64,000 nucleotides of DNA, taken from the NCBI GenBank assembly GCA_963696395.1, contig CAVOJZ010000002.1, forward strand, positions 6,433 through 70,432, written 5' to 3'. Source of the stretch: an uncultured bacterium (GTDB lineage Bacteria; Patescibacteriota; Minisyncoccia; UBA6257; 2-01-FULL-56-20). A program made the position numbers and the translations under genes. The notes below the pieces were generated by a model. That model did no database searches. It was not told where the DNA came from and was given only the letters and a program-made list of their open reading frames with translations. The first letter of the stretch is position 1. Each line of letters opens with the position of its first letter. Shown here piece after piece: positions 38,414 through 48,609 of the stretch.

Positions 38414-39247
38414 TTACATATTCATGCCCGGCATCGCGGACATCGAGCTTGCCTGATTGGGTTGGGTTGATGTGGGTGCCATAAACTTCATCATAATACT
38501 ATCAAACAAATCCCCTTCCACCGAAGCAAAAGATGATGACGGATTGTCCTCGCTCGGCGCCGCCAGCTGATTATAAGCAGCTAGGTCAAGCGTGGTTGAC
38601 GCTTGCTTTGTGAGTTGCACCCATGCATCAAAATCTTCCTGCGATGTTGATTGCGCAATGAAATGCATTCCGGCATAACCGTCGCCGTTGATTTCGGTGT
38701 CTTTGCCCACAAACTCACCCATGGTCGTCGCCATGAGGTTGAGCTGGGTTTCCATGGCTGCCATGGCGTAGATTTGGCTGCCGAGCTGCGGGATCCAGAA
38801 TGAACTCATCGGAGCGTCCGCAGTAAGTTCAAAATGGACCGGTACGTTTTCGGGAAAACGAATGTAATTTACGGTCGCGATATTTTGAGCCGGATAGATG
38901 AAAAGCCACTTCCATGGCAACGCAACAACCTGTATGGTGAGCGGCTGCGCTGAGGATTGGATCGCTTGGTAAGGGTCGAGTGCATGTGCGCTTTTCCACG
39001 CAAGCGTCCCCAGGGTTGCGATCAAAGCCGCAGGGATCAACCAAAGCACAATCTCTCGCCATGCGCGATGGTTTCGCTCCGGGTCGTATATTGTATTCGG
39101 ATTTTCGGCCCGATATTTTCGGGCGACGATAAAAAGTGAAACAAAAAGAGGAATGACCACGATGAGCATGAGCAAAACCATATGGACGATCAGGTCTCGC
39201 TCTTGCGCCGCGATCGGACCCTGCGGATTGAAAAGGGCGACGTTCAT
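38414..39247 (-). CDS. cyoA: Cytochrome o quinol oxidase subunit II (no CuA site)
   Basis: SFWIPQLGSQIYAMAAMETQLNLMA matches CyoA. The CuA ligands (Cys-x-x-x-Cys, His) are absent, so this is a quinol oxidase rather than a cytochrome c oxidase. Confidence 0.85.
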   Translation of the reverse strand: MNVALFNPQGPIAAQERDLIVHMVLLMLIVVIPLFVSLFIVARKYRAENPNTIYDPERNHRAWREIVLWLIPAALIATLGTLAWKSAHALDPYQAIQSSAQPLTIQVVALPWKWLFIYPAQNIATVNYIRFPENVPVHFELTADAPMSSFWIPQLGSQIYAMAAMETQLNLMATTMGEFVGKDTEINGDGYAGMHFIAQSTSQEDFDAWVQLTKQASTTLDLAAYNQLAAPSEDNPSSSFASVEGDLFDSIMMKFMAPTSTQPNQASSMSAMPGMNM

Positions 39248-39291
39248 GAAATTATTCTGAGTATTCTTTTTATTATACTATAGGGGAAACC

Positions 39292-39660
39292 ATGCAAACG
39301 AAAACATACCAACGGCTCGCCGATTTGATCATGATCTTCCATTTCTTCTGGACGCTCGTGATCTTTGGCGGCGCCGTTTTTATGGTTCTCGACCCGTCAT
39401 ACGCACTCACCCAAATTGCCGTTCTCTCAATAACGCTTCTCGCGAGCGTCCCATTCGGCGGGCTCTGCCCCGTCACAACACTCGAAAATCGTTTCCGCCA
39501 AAAAGTTGATCCTTCATATGAAAATCACGGATCGTTTATGACCACGTATACCAATAAAATATTCGGAACGCAGTTCCGCGTACGCGATGTAAATATCACA
39601 ATCGCAGTGCTTTACGTTCTCTGCTACAGTTATGCGATTGCCGCCCTGGTACGGAAATAA
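39292..39660 (+). CDS. Hypothetical membrane protein (122 aa)
   Basis: Several TM helices. Divergent from the cyo operon. Confidence 0.5.
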   Translation: MQTKTYQRLADLIMIFHFFWTLVIFGGAVFMVLDPSYALTQIAVLSITLLASVPFGGLCPVTTLENRFRQKVDPSYENHGSFMTTYTNKIFGTQFRVRDVNITIAVLYVLCYSYAIAALVRK

Positions 39661-39721
39661 AAAAAACGCTACAATACCGGCATAGCTCTTTACCATATTC
39701 TTGAAAACAAGGAGGGGTTTC

Positions 39722-40447
39722 GTGATCGAATTAACCGAAGAAGCACTTGCAACCTACAACGCCGAACTCGAACACAAAAGTCCCTCCGAAAAGATTCTGT
39801 GGGGGGCGAAGCATTTCGGCAAAGCTCTTACCATTCTTTGTGGATTTGGACGTGGATCTAGCGTCTTAATTCATGAGACGGTCCGACTTGGCCTTGATGT
39901 CCGTTTTGTATTCGTTGACCCACTCGTACTTGATGAAGCGTCATATGAGTTCGTAAGAATGCGCGAGCAGCGCTATCGCATTACTATCGAGCCGCTTCGA
40001 CCGACAGAGGAAGACCTAGCACTTCTTCCGGGTGAGCCAAGCGTTGCTCTCTTCAAGGGCAATGAAACAGTGAGAAAACAATGTTGCGAATATCGCAAAA
40101 ACCGTCCTCTTAAACGGGGCATGTTCGGACATCCAGCACTGATTAGCAGCTTACGACCGGACTCAACAACCAAAGATCGTATTTCGGTATCCACGCTTGA
40201 AATTGACGCAAGGCACGGTGGATATCTAAAAATTAACGCTTGTTGTGAGTGCTCTAGCGAGTACATCGATCGCTTCATTCAAGACCATAAAGTTCCGATA
40301 CATCCATTCTATGGCCAAGGTTATGGCAGTATCGGTTGCCGTTATCCATGCACCATTCCCGCTCCCGGCCGCAAAGGCAGATGGTTTTGGTTGAAGAATC
40401 GTTTTCAAGCATGCTGCGATCTTTGTGAAACTAGTGAGCAGCCCTGA
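39722..40447 (+). CDS. Phosphoadenosine phosphosulfate (PAPS/APS) reductase family protein
   Basis: AAGGAGG lies 7 nt upstream of GTG 39722. KILWGAKHFGKALTILCGFGRGSSVLIHE is a PP-loop-like block. A C-terminal CC...C...CC cysteine cluster is present. Confidence 0.75.
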   Translation: MIELTEEALATYNAELEHKSPSEKILWGAKHFGKALTILCGFGRGSSVLIHETVRLGLDVRFVFVDPLVLDEASYEFVRMREQRYRITIEPLRPTEEDLALLPGEPSVALFKGNETVRKQCCEYRKNRPLKRGMFGHPALISSLRPDSTTKDRISVSTLEIDARHGGYLKINACCECSSEYIDRFIQDHKVPIHPFYGQGYGSIGCRYPCTIPAPGRKGRWFWLKNRFQACCDLCETSEQP

Positions 40448-40528
40448 TTTTCTGGGCTGCTTTTTTTGTCCTCATGTTATACAACGCTCCACTTGCAAAA
40501 GCTCGCAGTTAAACGTTAAATCAAGGGT

Positions 40529-41686
40529 ATGGTAAAACTCGCCTCGCTCATCACCGCGGTTGCGGCCTTCATCGGCGGGGTATTCAATCAGCCCAGTGTT
40601 ATGCAAAGCGCCCCACCGCAAGCGGCGATGGTGCAAAATATTGTTGCGCCCGTGATTCAGGAACTTGAATCCATTGCCCAGAATATGCTGCCCTCCGTAA
40701 AAGTGAAGCCTATTCCGGTGACGCAAAAAACAGAAACAGCGGTCCAGCCGCTATCCGAAAAAAACCGCCAAATAATTTCCGCTCCGGTTCCGTCTTCAAC
40801 GGTCTCCTTCACCGCGCAATCTTTTTTGGATGCGACAACGCTCACCCAATTTGAGCGCCGCGACGGACCGTTCGAGGCGCGCCTCGAAACGAACCTGGGT
40901 GGCGGTCAAACGAGCGTTTGGGATTTTTCAGAAGCGTCCGTCGGAACGGGCAACAGCTCATCGCCCGTATTTGCCATGTCATATTCGTGCACTCCGGCGC
41001 CGGTCCAGGCAATCACCGGCGCTTCCGATCAGAACCCGACGTTTACCGCACGAACACAATACGCCTGCACCGTATCCCTTACGCCTCAATCGGGCACCGA
41101 TTTGCGCACCCAATCAAAACAATTTTCATTCACAACGCCTGCCGGACAATTAATTGTCACTCCCCCGGCGGCTATAAACACCGTATTAAAAGATACCGAA
41201 AATGACGGCGGGTTGGTTTTTACAAACGAAGACTCAAAGCCAATCACCATAAACCAGATGGCCGTGGATGTATCCTATACCGGCCTCAGTACCGTAAACG
41301 GACCGATCATTCTTCGGATAATCAACCCAGCGACCGGCCAATCAACCGGCGACTACCACCTTGAAAATTTGCCTGCGGATCCGTCACAACAATTCACCTT
41401 TTCGCAGTCCGGCATTTCCTTGCCGGTTTCACTTACTCTGCCGGCCGGGGGAGAAAAATTGCTCCCCATCGAGCTCCTTGGAACTCACACCATGAGCATA
41501 GCGGGCGTAAACCCAACCGTGACGGTTAAGCTCCGCGGGATAACGACCAACCGCGACGACAGCAATATTGTCCTCAATGATGCACAACTTTCCTGGAGTT
41601 GTGTCGTGACATTCCAGGTTTACGATCCGAATGCAACGAGCGGCGCCCTGGTGGCCGGCGATGCGTGTGGCATTGGCGGAAATTAG
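40529..41686 (+). CDS. Secreted hypothetical protein (signal peptide)
   Basis: MVKLASLITAVAAFIGGVF signal-like N-terminus. Ser/Thr/Pro-rich. Confidence 0.55.
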   Translation: MVKLASLITAVAAFIGGVFNQPSVMQSAPPQAAMVQNIVAPVIQELESIAQNMLPSVKVKPIPVTQKTETAVQPLSEKNRQIISAPVPSSTVSFTAQSFLDATTLTQFERRDGPFEARLETNLGGGQTSVWDFSEASVGTGNSSSPVFAMSYSCTPAPVQAITGASDQNPTFTARTQYACTVSLTPQSGTDLRTQSKQFSFTTPAGQLIVTPPAAINTVLKDTENDGGLVFTNEDSKPITINQMAVDVSYTGLSTVNGPIILRIINPATGQSTGDYHLENLPADPSQQFTFSQSGISLPVSLTLPAGGEKLLPIELLGTHTMSIAGVNPTVTVKLRGITTNRDDSNIVLNDAQLSWSCVVTFQVYDPNATSGALVAGDACGIGGN

Positions 41687-41744
41687 AAAAAACCCCCGCA
41701 GGACGGGAGTTTTTTCCAACAATGAGTATACCTACCAAGCTTGC

Positions 41745-43142
41745 TTAGCCACCGAACATCTTTTGCAGATTCTGAAACTCTGTTGTGAGATTGTTCAGCT
41801 CAACCTGGAATGCGCTCAGCATGCTTTCCGCGGTGCCGCTACTGGTTGTTGTTTGGTCAACATCTCCATCGTTGTCGGGGTCCTGAGATCCCACAGTCGT
41901 GCCACTTCCGTTTCCGTTATACCAGAAACGCGGCGGACGCAATCCGAAGATACTATAGTCACGCACGACGCTCGCGTCGATCGTAAGCGGCGTGGACGAA
42001 GTGATGAGACCCGAAACGCCAACCATATCTCCAACGTTTAGCTGCTGGCCCGGACTGGTTGATGTTCCAACCGTATCTTCATTAGAGAAGAACCGCGGCA
42101 TTTGACCATCCCAGTTAACGGTATAGGTTATGCCCCAGATTTGCCCCTGGAACGAATCGCTCGTAACGCTCGTCACCAACATTCCTTTCGCCGTAACATT
42201 TCCATTCGGATTGATGGTGAGCATTGGAGGGATATTAATCGTCGCCACCGGAGTGCTCGACGGTGTGGATGTTGTCGTGCCGCCACCACCACCCCCACCA
42301 CCGCTATTTGTCGCAACGGTAATCGTCGCACTCGAAGACGTAACGGTATCTGTATTTACGACCGTCGGCGATTCACTCACGTTCGCCGTGTTCGTAATAC
42401 TTGTTCCGGCAGTTCCGGAATTCACCGTCGCTTGGATCGTGAGCATCGCATTCGAACCGACCGCAAGATCACCGACATCCCATGCACCGGTCGAACTTGT
42501 ATAGGTTCCTTGCGAGCTGGTAGCGCTCACAAATGTCAGCCCCGACGGAAGCATATCGGTTGCCATCACTCCGGTTGACGTTGCCGGACCAAGAGCAGAA
42601 ATATTAATGGTGTAATTTACCGTTGCACCTTCCTGCGGTGCCGCATTGTCAACACTGTCCGTGATTTGTAACTGGGCATCCGGCAACGATGATGTTGCCG
42701 TGGAGCTCGGTTCCACTGCAACCACCGCAGAACAATTGCCGGTTGCTATCGCGGAAGCGGCGTCAGTCGCCTGGATGCTCGCGTTATAAGTCCCGGACGT
42801 GTTATACGTTGCCGTGATTGATGTCGACGAACTTCCGGCAACGCTCGGGTCGCCCGACCACAAGAATGTGTACGGAGGCGTCCCACCGGTAGCCGATGCC
42901 GTCCACGTAATCATGTTACTCGAAGCACTACCATAACAGCCGACATATATCGGTGCATTGGTCGAGCTTGCGGTATCGGTTGTTGAAGTGGCGGTTGTCG
43001 TTGCCGTTGTCACCGTAGATGTTCCCGTTGTCGATGTCGCCGTGCTCGAAACGCTTTGTGCGTTTGCTGCAGTCGAGATAACGAACACCGCGAGAGAGCA
43101 TGCGGCCACTATTCCGATTATTTTTAATGTTTTCATAACCAA
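41745..43142 (-). CDS. Cell-surface protein with DUF11-like repeat domain; Thr/Ser-rich, poly-Gly linker
   Basis: Signal peptide. DMLPSGLTFVSATSSQGTYTSSTGAWDVGDLAVGSNAMLTIQATV is a DUF11-type conserved repeat. G9 run. Confidence 0.6.
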   Translation of the reverse strand: MVMKTLKIIGIVAACSLAVFVISTAANAQSVSSTATSTTGTSTVTTATTTATSTTDTASSTNAPIYVGCYGSASSNMITWTASATGGTPPYTFLWSGDPSVAGSSSTSITATYNTSGTYNASIQATDAASAIATGNCSAVVAVEPSSTATSSLPDAQLQITDSVDNAAPQEGATVNYTINISALGPATSTGVMATDMLPSGLTFVSATSSQGTYTSSTGAWDVGDLAVGSNAMLTIQATVNSGTAGTSITNTANVSESPTVVNTDTVTSSSATITVATNSGGGGGGGGTTTSTPSSTPVATINIPPMLTINPNGNVTAKGMLVTSVTSDSFQGQIWGITYTVNWDGQMPRFFSNEDTVGTSTSPGQQLNVGDMVGVSGLITSSTPLTIDASVVRDYSIFGLRPPRFWYNGNGSGTTVGSQDPDNDGDVDQTTTSSGTAESMLSAFQVELNNLTTEFQNLQKMFGG

Positions 43143-43348
43143 ATGTTTTATTTTGCGACCTTTTTATCCATCACGGTATGTAAGGTAGTACAGCGCATAA
43201 CTATTTTTACTACGAAAATTCAGGGTTGTTTTCGCCGAAACAATTTCAGCGCTTTCTCGTCTTATTTATCACTAAGCCAACAAAATTGATGAAAGTGGGT
43301 CCAAGCAGAACAGGAACATTTTTGTCGTGGGACGAGTATAATGAAGAT

Positions 43349-44062
43349 ATGGAAATAAAAAACAAAGTCATTATTGTGACGGGTGCGTCGAAGGGCATCG
43401 GTAAAGCGACGGCGATTGCGCTCGCAAAGCATGGCGCAAAAGTGGTTCTCGCAGCCAGATCGGATGAAAAAATCGCGGAACTCGCGCATGAGTTTCCCGG
43501 ATCGCTTGCGGTCCATACCGATATGCGCAACCCCGCAGACATTCAGAATCTTATTGACCGGACGATAGCCGTATACGACCACATAGACATCTTAATTAAC
43601 AACGCCGGACAAGGTATGTATGGTCCAGTGGAAAGCGTTGATATTCAAAAATATAAAGAGATTGTCGATTTGAACGTTTATGGACCCTTAATTGCCATGC
43701 AGGCCGTTATCCCTTTTATGCGCGGCCACGGAGGCGGCATGATTTTAAACGTGAGCTCGCGCGTTTCAAAAAACTATTTCCCGAATCTTGCCGCTTATGC
43801 TTCGACAAAATATGCCCTGAACGCGTTGTCTCTCACCGCACGCGAAGAATTAAAAACCGATAACATCATAGTGAGCGTTATGCATCCGAAAATGACGGCG
43901 ACCAATTTTGGAAAAAATTCGGCGGCGGGCGCCGGCACATCGCCAACACGGCCACGAAATACAACAGCAAATAATCCGGCTATGCAGGTTGACTCTCCCG
44001 AAGCGGTCGCGGAAGCCATCGTTAAGCTTATCGGGAGTGAAGCGCCGGAAGCCGAAATGTAG
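43349..44062 (+). CDS. SDR-family oxidoreductase
   Basis: VIIVTGASKGIGKATA (TGxxxGxG) and a YASTKYA catalytic YxxxK. Confidence 0.85.
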   Translation: MEIKNKVIIVTGASKGIGKATAIALAKHGAKVVLAARSDEKIAELAHEFPGSLAVHTDMRNPADIQNLIDRTIAVYDHIDILINNAGQGMYGPVESVDIQKYKEIVDLNVYGPLIAMQAVIPFMRGHGGGMILNVSSRVSKNYFPNLAAYASTKYALNALSLTAREELKTDNIIVSVMHPKMTATNFGKNSAAGAGTSPTRPRNTTANNPAMQVDSPEAVAEAIVKLIGSEAPEAEM

Positions 44063-44115
44063 CGCTCAAAAAAATGAGCCGCGCATTTTGCCGTGCTCCA
44101 TGGTAGCATATCACC

Positions 44116-45078
44116 ATGCTTATTGATGAAGTTTCAATCAGAATATCGGCCGGCCATGGTGGCAAGGGCTCCGTTGCCTTTAATAAAAATTTAATGTCGC
44201 TTGGACCTGCTGGCGGATCCGGAGGGCTCGGCGGAAGCGTATACGCGATTGGCGTTTCCGACCTGTCCGCGCTTGGCCAATTTCGTTATAAAAAGGAGTT
44301 TTCCGCGGAAAACGGGATGGACGGACGCGGACAATTTCGCGACGGACACACCGGCAGCGACATCACCCTGAAACTTCCAATTGGCACCGTAATCCATAAC
44401 AAGACAACCAAGACCGACCTGGAAATCGAAAAACTTGGCGAAAAAATAATCCTCGCAAAAGGCGGACTTGGCGGCAAGGGCAACTTCCAGTTCAAATCCT
44501 CCCGGAACACGTCACCGACGCAATCCCAGCCGGGACTTCCAGGTGAGACGTTTGACCTGCATTTGGAATTGAAGTTTATCGCCGACATCGGCTTCGTCGG
44601 CTTGCCGAATGTCGGTAAATCAAGCTTGCTCAACAAACTCACGAACGCGCAAAGCAAAGTGGCAAATTATCCGTTTACCACACTTGAGCCAAATCTTGGG
44701 GTATATTACGAGTTGATCCTTGCGGATATTCCGGGCCTCATTGAGGGCTCGTCCGCCGGCCGTGGTCTTGGCATTAAATTCTTGCGTCACATCGAACGGA
44801 CGCGCATTCTTTTCCATTTCATTTCCTCCGAATCGCCCGATCCGATAAAAGATTATAAAACAATTCGTGCCGAGCTTGGCGCCTACAACAAAGAACTCCT
44901 CGAAAAACCCGAGCGTATTTTCCTGACGAAAAGCGATCTTTCCACACCCGCCGAGATCAAGGAAAAAATAAAACTTCTTAAAAAGTTTGATAAAAAGACA
45001 ATTGCAATCTCAACCGAGGATCCGGAAAGTATAAAAGAAGTCCAAAAAATCCTGAACGAGATTAAAGCTAAGAAGTAG
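44116..45078 (+). CDS. obg: GTPase Obg (short form lacking C-terminal domain)
   Basis: Obg-fold Gly-rich N-domain ([10 protein letters not shown]...[10 protein letters not shown]) plus G-domain ([19 protein letters not shown]). Confidence 0.9.
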   Translation: MLIDEVSIRISAGHGGKGSVAFNKNLMSLGPAGGSGGLGGSVYAIGVSDLSALGQFRYKKEFSAENGMDGRGQFRDGHTGSDITLKLPIGTVIHNKTTKTDLEIEKLGEKIILAKGGLGGKGNFQFKSSRNTSPTQSQPGLPGETFDLHLELKFIADIGFVGLPNVGKSSLLNKLTNAQSKVANYPFTTLEPNLGVYYELILADIPGLIEGSSAGRGLGIKFLRHIERTRILFHFISSESPDPIKDYKTIRAELGAYNKELLEKPERIFLTKSDLSTPAEIKEKIKLLKKFDKKTIAISTEDPESIKEVQKILNEIKAKK

Positions 45079-45445
45079 GTTCGAGATCGAGACAAACGGA
45101 GTTTATACAGTACCGCTTGCCGCCTTTGTCGGCCGGACCGTCATCAAAAACGTGCCCGAGATGCGCTCCGCAATTTTTGCACACCACCTCCGTGCGGTTC
45201 ATGCCGTGCGATGAATCAACTCTAAGCTCGACGTTTGCAAGGTTTGCCGGCTCGGTGAAGCTGGGCCAGCCGGTGCCGGAATCAAATTTGGTGTCCGAAG
45301 AAAATAGTTCAGCGTCGCACACCGCGCATTTATACATCCCTTTTTCGTGGTTATCCCAATATTTACCCGTAAATGCCGGTTCGGTGCCTCCTTCGCGGGC
45401 AATGTGATATAAATCTTTCGGTAATTCGTTGTCTTTTTTGATCAT
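45068..45445 (-). CDS. msrB: Peptide-methionine (R)-S-oxide reductase
   Basis: [24 protein letters not shown]...[16 protein letters not shown]. Confidence 0.9.
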   Translation of the reverse strand: MIKKDNELPKDLYHIAREGGTEPAFTGKYWDNHEKGMYKCAVCDAELFSSDTKFDSGTGWPSFTEPANLANVELRVDSSHGMNRTEVVCKNCGAHLGHVFDDGPADKGGKRYCINSVCLDLEPTS

Positions 45446-45446
45446 G

Positions 45447-45995
45447 TTATTTTGAATGTGTTTTTAATAATTCCTGAAATTTTTCCTGCAACTTCTGGAC
45501 TTTGGGTTCGATGATAACCTGACAATACGGCGCTTTTTTGTTATTTTTGAAATAATTCCGGTGATAATCTTCCGCCGGATAAAACATATCGAGCGGCGCA
45601 ATTTCGGTGACAACCGGACTGCCAACATTTTCTGCGCTCAACTTTTTAATAAACTTCCGTGCGTCAATCTCCTGATCCGGAGTTGTATAAAATATGGCCG
45701 AGCGATATTGCGTACCCACGTCATTCCCCTGCCGGTTAAGCGTCGTCGGATCATGGGTCGCAAAAAAAACGGTTAAAAGATCATTAAAGGCGATCTGGGA
45801 CGGGTCGTATTCAATTCGGATCACTTCCGCATGGCCGGTATTGCCGTTGCAAACCTGTTCGTAGGTCGGACTTTTTACGGTTCCTCCCGCATATCCCGGA
45901 AGCACACTCGTCACGCCGCGCAATTCACTGAACACGGCTTCGGTACACCAAAAACATCCCCCTCCGAAAACAGCGATTTCTTTCTTTGTTTGCAT
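45447..45995 (-). CDS. msrA: Peptide-methionine (S)-S-oxide reductase
   Basis: [16 protein letters not shown] (GCFWC active site). Start taken at the internal ATG 45995. Confidence 0.9.
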   Translation of the reverse strand: MQTKKEIAVFGGGCFWCTEAVFSELRGVTSVLPGYAGGTVKSPTYEQVCNGNTGHAEVIRIEYDPSQIAFNDLLTVFFATHDPTTLNRQGNDVGTQYRSAIFYTTPDQEIDARKFIKKLSAENVGSPVVTEIAPLDMFYPAEDYHRNYFKNNKKAPYCQVIIEPKVQKLQEKFQELLKTHSK

Positions 45996-46005
45996 GGTCG
46001 TGCGA

Positions 46006-47247
46006 TTATCCAAATGTAAAGGTAAATGCCTCGAGACCCGGTGAGTCAACGATGAGCTCGAGGGTATGCACCCCCGAACCGTCGTGGTTGCTCACCAGAT
46101 TGTACAGCCGACTTGATGTAATTGTTACTTTTCCGTTCACGACGTCGCTTCCGGCATCAGCCGCTGAAATCGGCACCCCATCCTGCATGACTTCGACGGT
46201 CACCCCGCCCGCAGGTGCGCCCGCACCTGCGCTCGCGACCATATACATTTTTGCAGAATCATAGCTGTAGAGGACCGTAGCGCCTGCCTGAAGATTTGTG
46301 GCATATTCGTCTTCGAAATCCCAGTTGCCTCCCAAGTAGAGTCGATTTACAGTGACGCCAGTGCTTCCCGGCAATACAAGATTCTGCGGGCCGTTCACCA
46401 TCGGATTACCGTTCGCAAGTAAAGCGTTTCGATTTGCGCCGAAATAGGTCTCCGGACTGTTAATGCCCGAAAGATCGGCCGGCGCGATGTTCACCGTTGA
46501 CGTCGACACCGCCGTCGACAATCCGAGCACCGAAGCCCGCTCGGCAAGCAAATTCTGTATTTCCGCTTCGGTTTCATCGTAATCACCCTCGCCAACATGA
46601 TCGTGGACGATATAACCCGCAATATCGATCAGATATTCATGTGGCCAATAGAGATTCCCATACGCATTCCATGTTCCATAGTCGCTGTCGAGGACAATTG
46701 GATACTGAATGTTATATTGCTTTGCAGCAGCCTGCACGTTAACGATATTTTTTTCGAAATCAAATTCCGGCGTATGAATCCCCACGATTTCCAATCCTTC
46801 GTTCTGATATTTCTGATACCACGCCGTGAGATACGGCAACGTCCTGATGCAGTTGACGCAACTATAGGTCCAGAAATCGAGCAAGATCACTTTCTTCCCG
46901 ATCAAACTCCTCAGGGTGAAATTGGATGGTGCGTTTACAAACCCGGTTGGATCGGCGATTTCGATTGCCGGTTTGTAACCGGCTTTCGCATCCGCGGAAG
47001 CGACTGCTTGCAATGAAGTATTCATCGCCACGGTAGTCCCGGCCGGGGCACCGCCGCTCGAAGCGACGTTTCCTGTTGAGGTCGGGATAGACGCTGCGGT
47101 TGAGCTTGCCGCTGCGGGACCGATTGGCGAAACATTAATTGCCTGTCCGTTGCCCGATGTCGAAGGATGAGCCTGGATGCTTTCGAGATACCAGATAGCG
47201 CCTATGATCAGAATCAACACAACGACGAGCCCGATTTTTTTATTCAT
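46006..47247 (-). CDS. Membrane-anchored thioredoxin-fold (TlpA/redoxin-like) protein with extra C-terminal domain
   Basis: N-terminal TM. WTYSCVNCIRTLP is a CxxC thioredoxin-fold motif. Adjacent to ccdA. Confidence 0.7.
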   Translation of the reverse strand: MNKKIGLVVVLILIIGAIWYLESIQAHPSTSGNGQAINVSPIGPAAASSTAASIPTSTGNVASSGGAPAGTTVAMNTSLQAVASADAKAGYKPAIEIADPTGFVNAPSNFTLRSLIGKKVILLDFWTYSCVNCIRTLPYLTAWYQKYQNEGLEIVGIHTPEFDFEKNIVNVQAAAKQYNIQYPIVLDSDYGTWNAYGNLYWPHEYLIDIAGYIVHDHVGEGDYDETEAEIQNLLAERASVLGLSTAVSTSTVNIAPADLSGINSPETYFGANRNALLANGNPMVNGPQNLVLPGSTGVTVNRLYLGGNWDFEDEYATNLQAGATVLYSYDSAKMYMVASAGAGAPAGGVTVEVMQDGVPISAADAGSDVVNGKVTITSSRLYNLVSNHDGSGVHTLELIVDSPGLEAFTFTFG

Positions 47248-47259
47248 AGTTGTTGTAAG

Positions 47260-47979
47260 TTAAAGATTATGCCCGAGTAAAAAATTGTTCACAAAACCAA
47301 AATTCGCAATAAGCGGAAGGCTTTGCGTAAACACGAGAACGCCAAGGACGACCAATATGGCGCCGAAAATCTTTGTTACTATTTCCAATTTGGAAACATA
47401 GCGGTTGATAAAGTCTGCCGTTTGGGCAACGAAAAGGCCAACAACAAGGAAAGGAATGCCAAGTCCTATGGCGTAGGAAAGGAGCAGATAGAAAGCTTCG
47501 CCCGGCGCCGAGGCCGCAAGGCCAAGAATGCCTCCGAGCACGGGGCCGACGCAGGGAGTCCATCCAGCGGCGAAGGCGAAGCCGAATACAAGCGACGTGA
47601 GATATCGTGAACGGAATTTTGTCCGCACGCTCATCTTATGGTCGAATTCAAGAAACGGGATTTTGAAAAAACCCATCAGGTATAACCCGAAAAAAATCAC
47701 GAGCGCTCCCCCGATCCACGAAAGCCATTGCTGAACCGCATAAGCCGCGAATGAAAGCACACTATTCAGAAGCACGCCAAGAAGCGCAAAAACAATCGAA
47801 AATCCCAGCACGAAAAAGAAACTGTTCAGGAAGATGGTGATTCTCGCCGGCTTCTGCCCGCCGGACGATGATTCTCCTGCGAGATACGCAAGAAATCCGG
47901 GAATAATCGGCAAAACGCATGGCGAAAGAAATGAAACTATGCCGGCAAGTAACGCAACTACAATCGGGATGTTTGTCAT
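47260..47979 (-). CDS. ccdA: Cytochrome c-type biogenesis / thiol-disulfide transporter CcdA (DsbD family)
   Basis: LSPCVLPIIPGFLAYLAG and a second conserved Cys (GWTPCVGPVL). Confidence 0.85.
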   Translation of the reverse strand: MTNIPIVVALLAGIVSFLSPCVLPIIPGFLAYLAGESSSGGQKPARITIFLNSFFFVLGFSIVFALLGVLLNSVLSFAAYAVQQWLSWIGGALVIFFGLYLMGFFKIPFLEFDHKMSVRTKFRSRYLTSLVFGFAFAAGWTPCVGPVLGGILGLAASAPGEAFYLLLSYAIGLGIPFLVVGLFVAQTADFINRYVSKLEIVTKIFGAILVVLGVLVFTQSLPLIANFGFVNNFLLGHNL

Positions 47980-47992
47980 TTGATAATTTCCG

Positions 47993-48355
47993 TTATAATT
48001 TTATTTTTCCGTAAATCAATGCTGTGACTTTTGTGAGAATCATGACTGAAAGACCGGCAATCAACCACGGGTCAAGCGCATGCGCCAGCTCCTGAATAAC
48101 AATAGCAATGATAAACGCCGCTGAGCCCGCGAGATAAGCAATTCGATCAGCAAACAGGCGATGAAACTCTTCCCTCTCGTCGCCGCGGCTTTCGTTCCAT
48201 AAAAATATGGCAAATATCCCAAAGAGAACCACAATGCCGATAAGCAGTCCCATGACGACGAATCCGGGCATAAAAACATTCCATGGATTAAAAATAATAA
48301 ACAATAGCACGAGCAACCCGACCCCGATCACAAGCTCTCCTTTTACGTTCTTCAT
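47993..48355 (-). CDS. Small membrane protein paired with an XRE regulator (DUF2178-like arrangement)
   Basis: 120 aa, 4 TM. Overlaps the upstream HTH gene by 4 bp. Confidence 0.5.
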   Translation of the reverse strand: MKNVKGELVIGVGLLVLLFIIFNPWNVFMPGFVVMGLLIGIVVLFGIFAIFLWNESRGDEREEFHRLFADRIAYLAGSAAFIIAIVIQELAHALDPWLIAGLSVMILTKVTALIYGKIKL

Positions 48356-48558
48356 GACGATAAATAAAAAATGTTTTCGACGGGTTTTTTGAAAAACCGG
48401 GAAATTTTAAGGGCGAGCAAAACAGAAGGGATGTAATTCCCCTTTTCAATTGCAATAACCGTTTGCCGGCTCACGCCAATTTTGGCGGCGAGTTCTTCCT
48501 GGGTCAGATGCGCTTCCGTTCTGACGTCATAAACATTATTTACAACCTCTGCTTCCAT
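48352..48558 (-). CDS. XRE-family helix-turn-helix transcriptional regulator
   Basis: LTQEELAAKIGVSRQTVIAIEKG. Confidence 0.75.
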   Translation of the reverse strand: MEAEVVNNVYDVRTEAHLTQEELAAKIGVSRQTVIAIEKGNYIPSVLLALKISRFFKKPVENIFYLSS

Positions 48559-48609
48559 AGAAATAAGAGTAGCAAGACGCCGACAAATGTCAAGCTAGCT
48601 TTACATTTG

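Noticed and set aside
42130-42578. + strand ORFs opposite the DUF11 surface-protein gene, including a poly-Pro translation
   Set aside because: They are antisense translations of the poly-Gly/Thr tract of the minus-strand gene.
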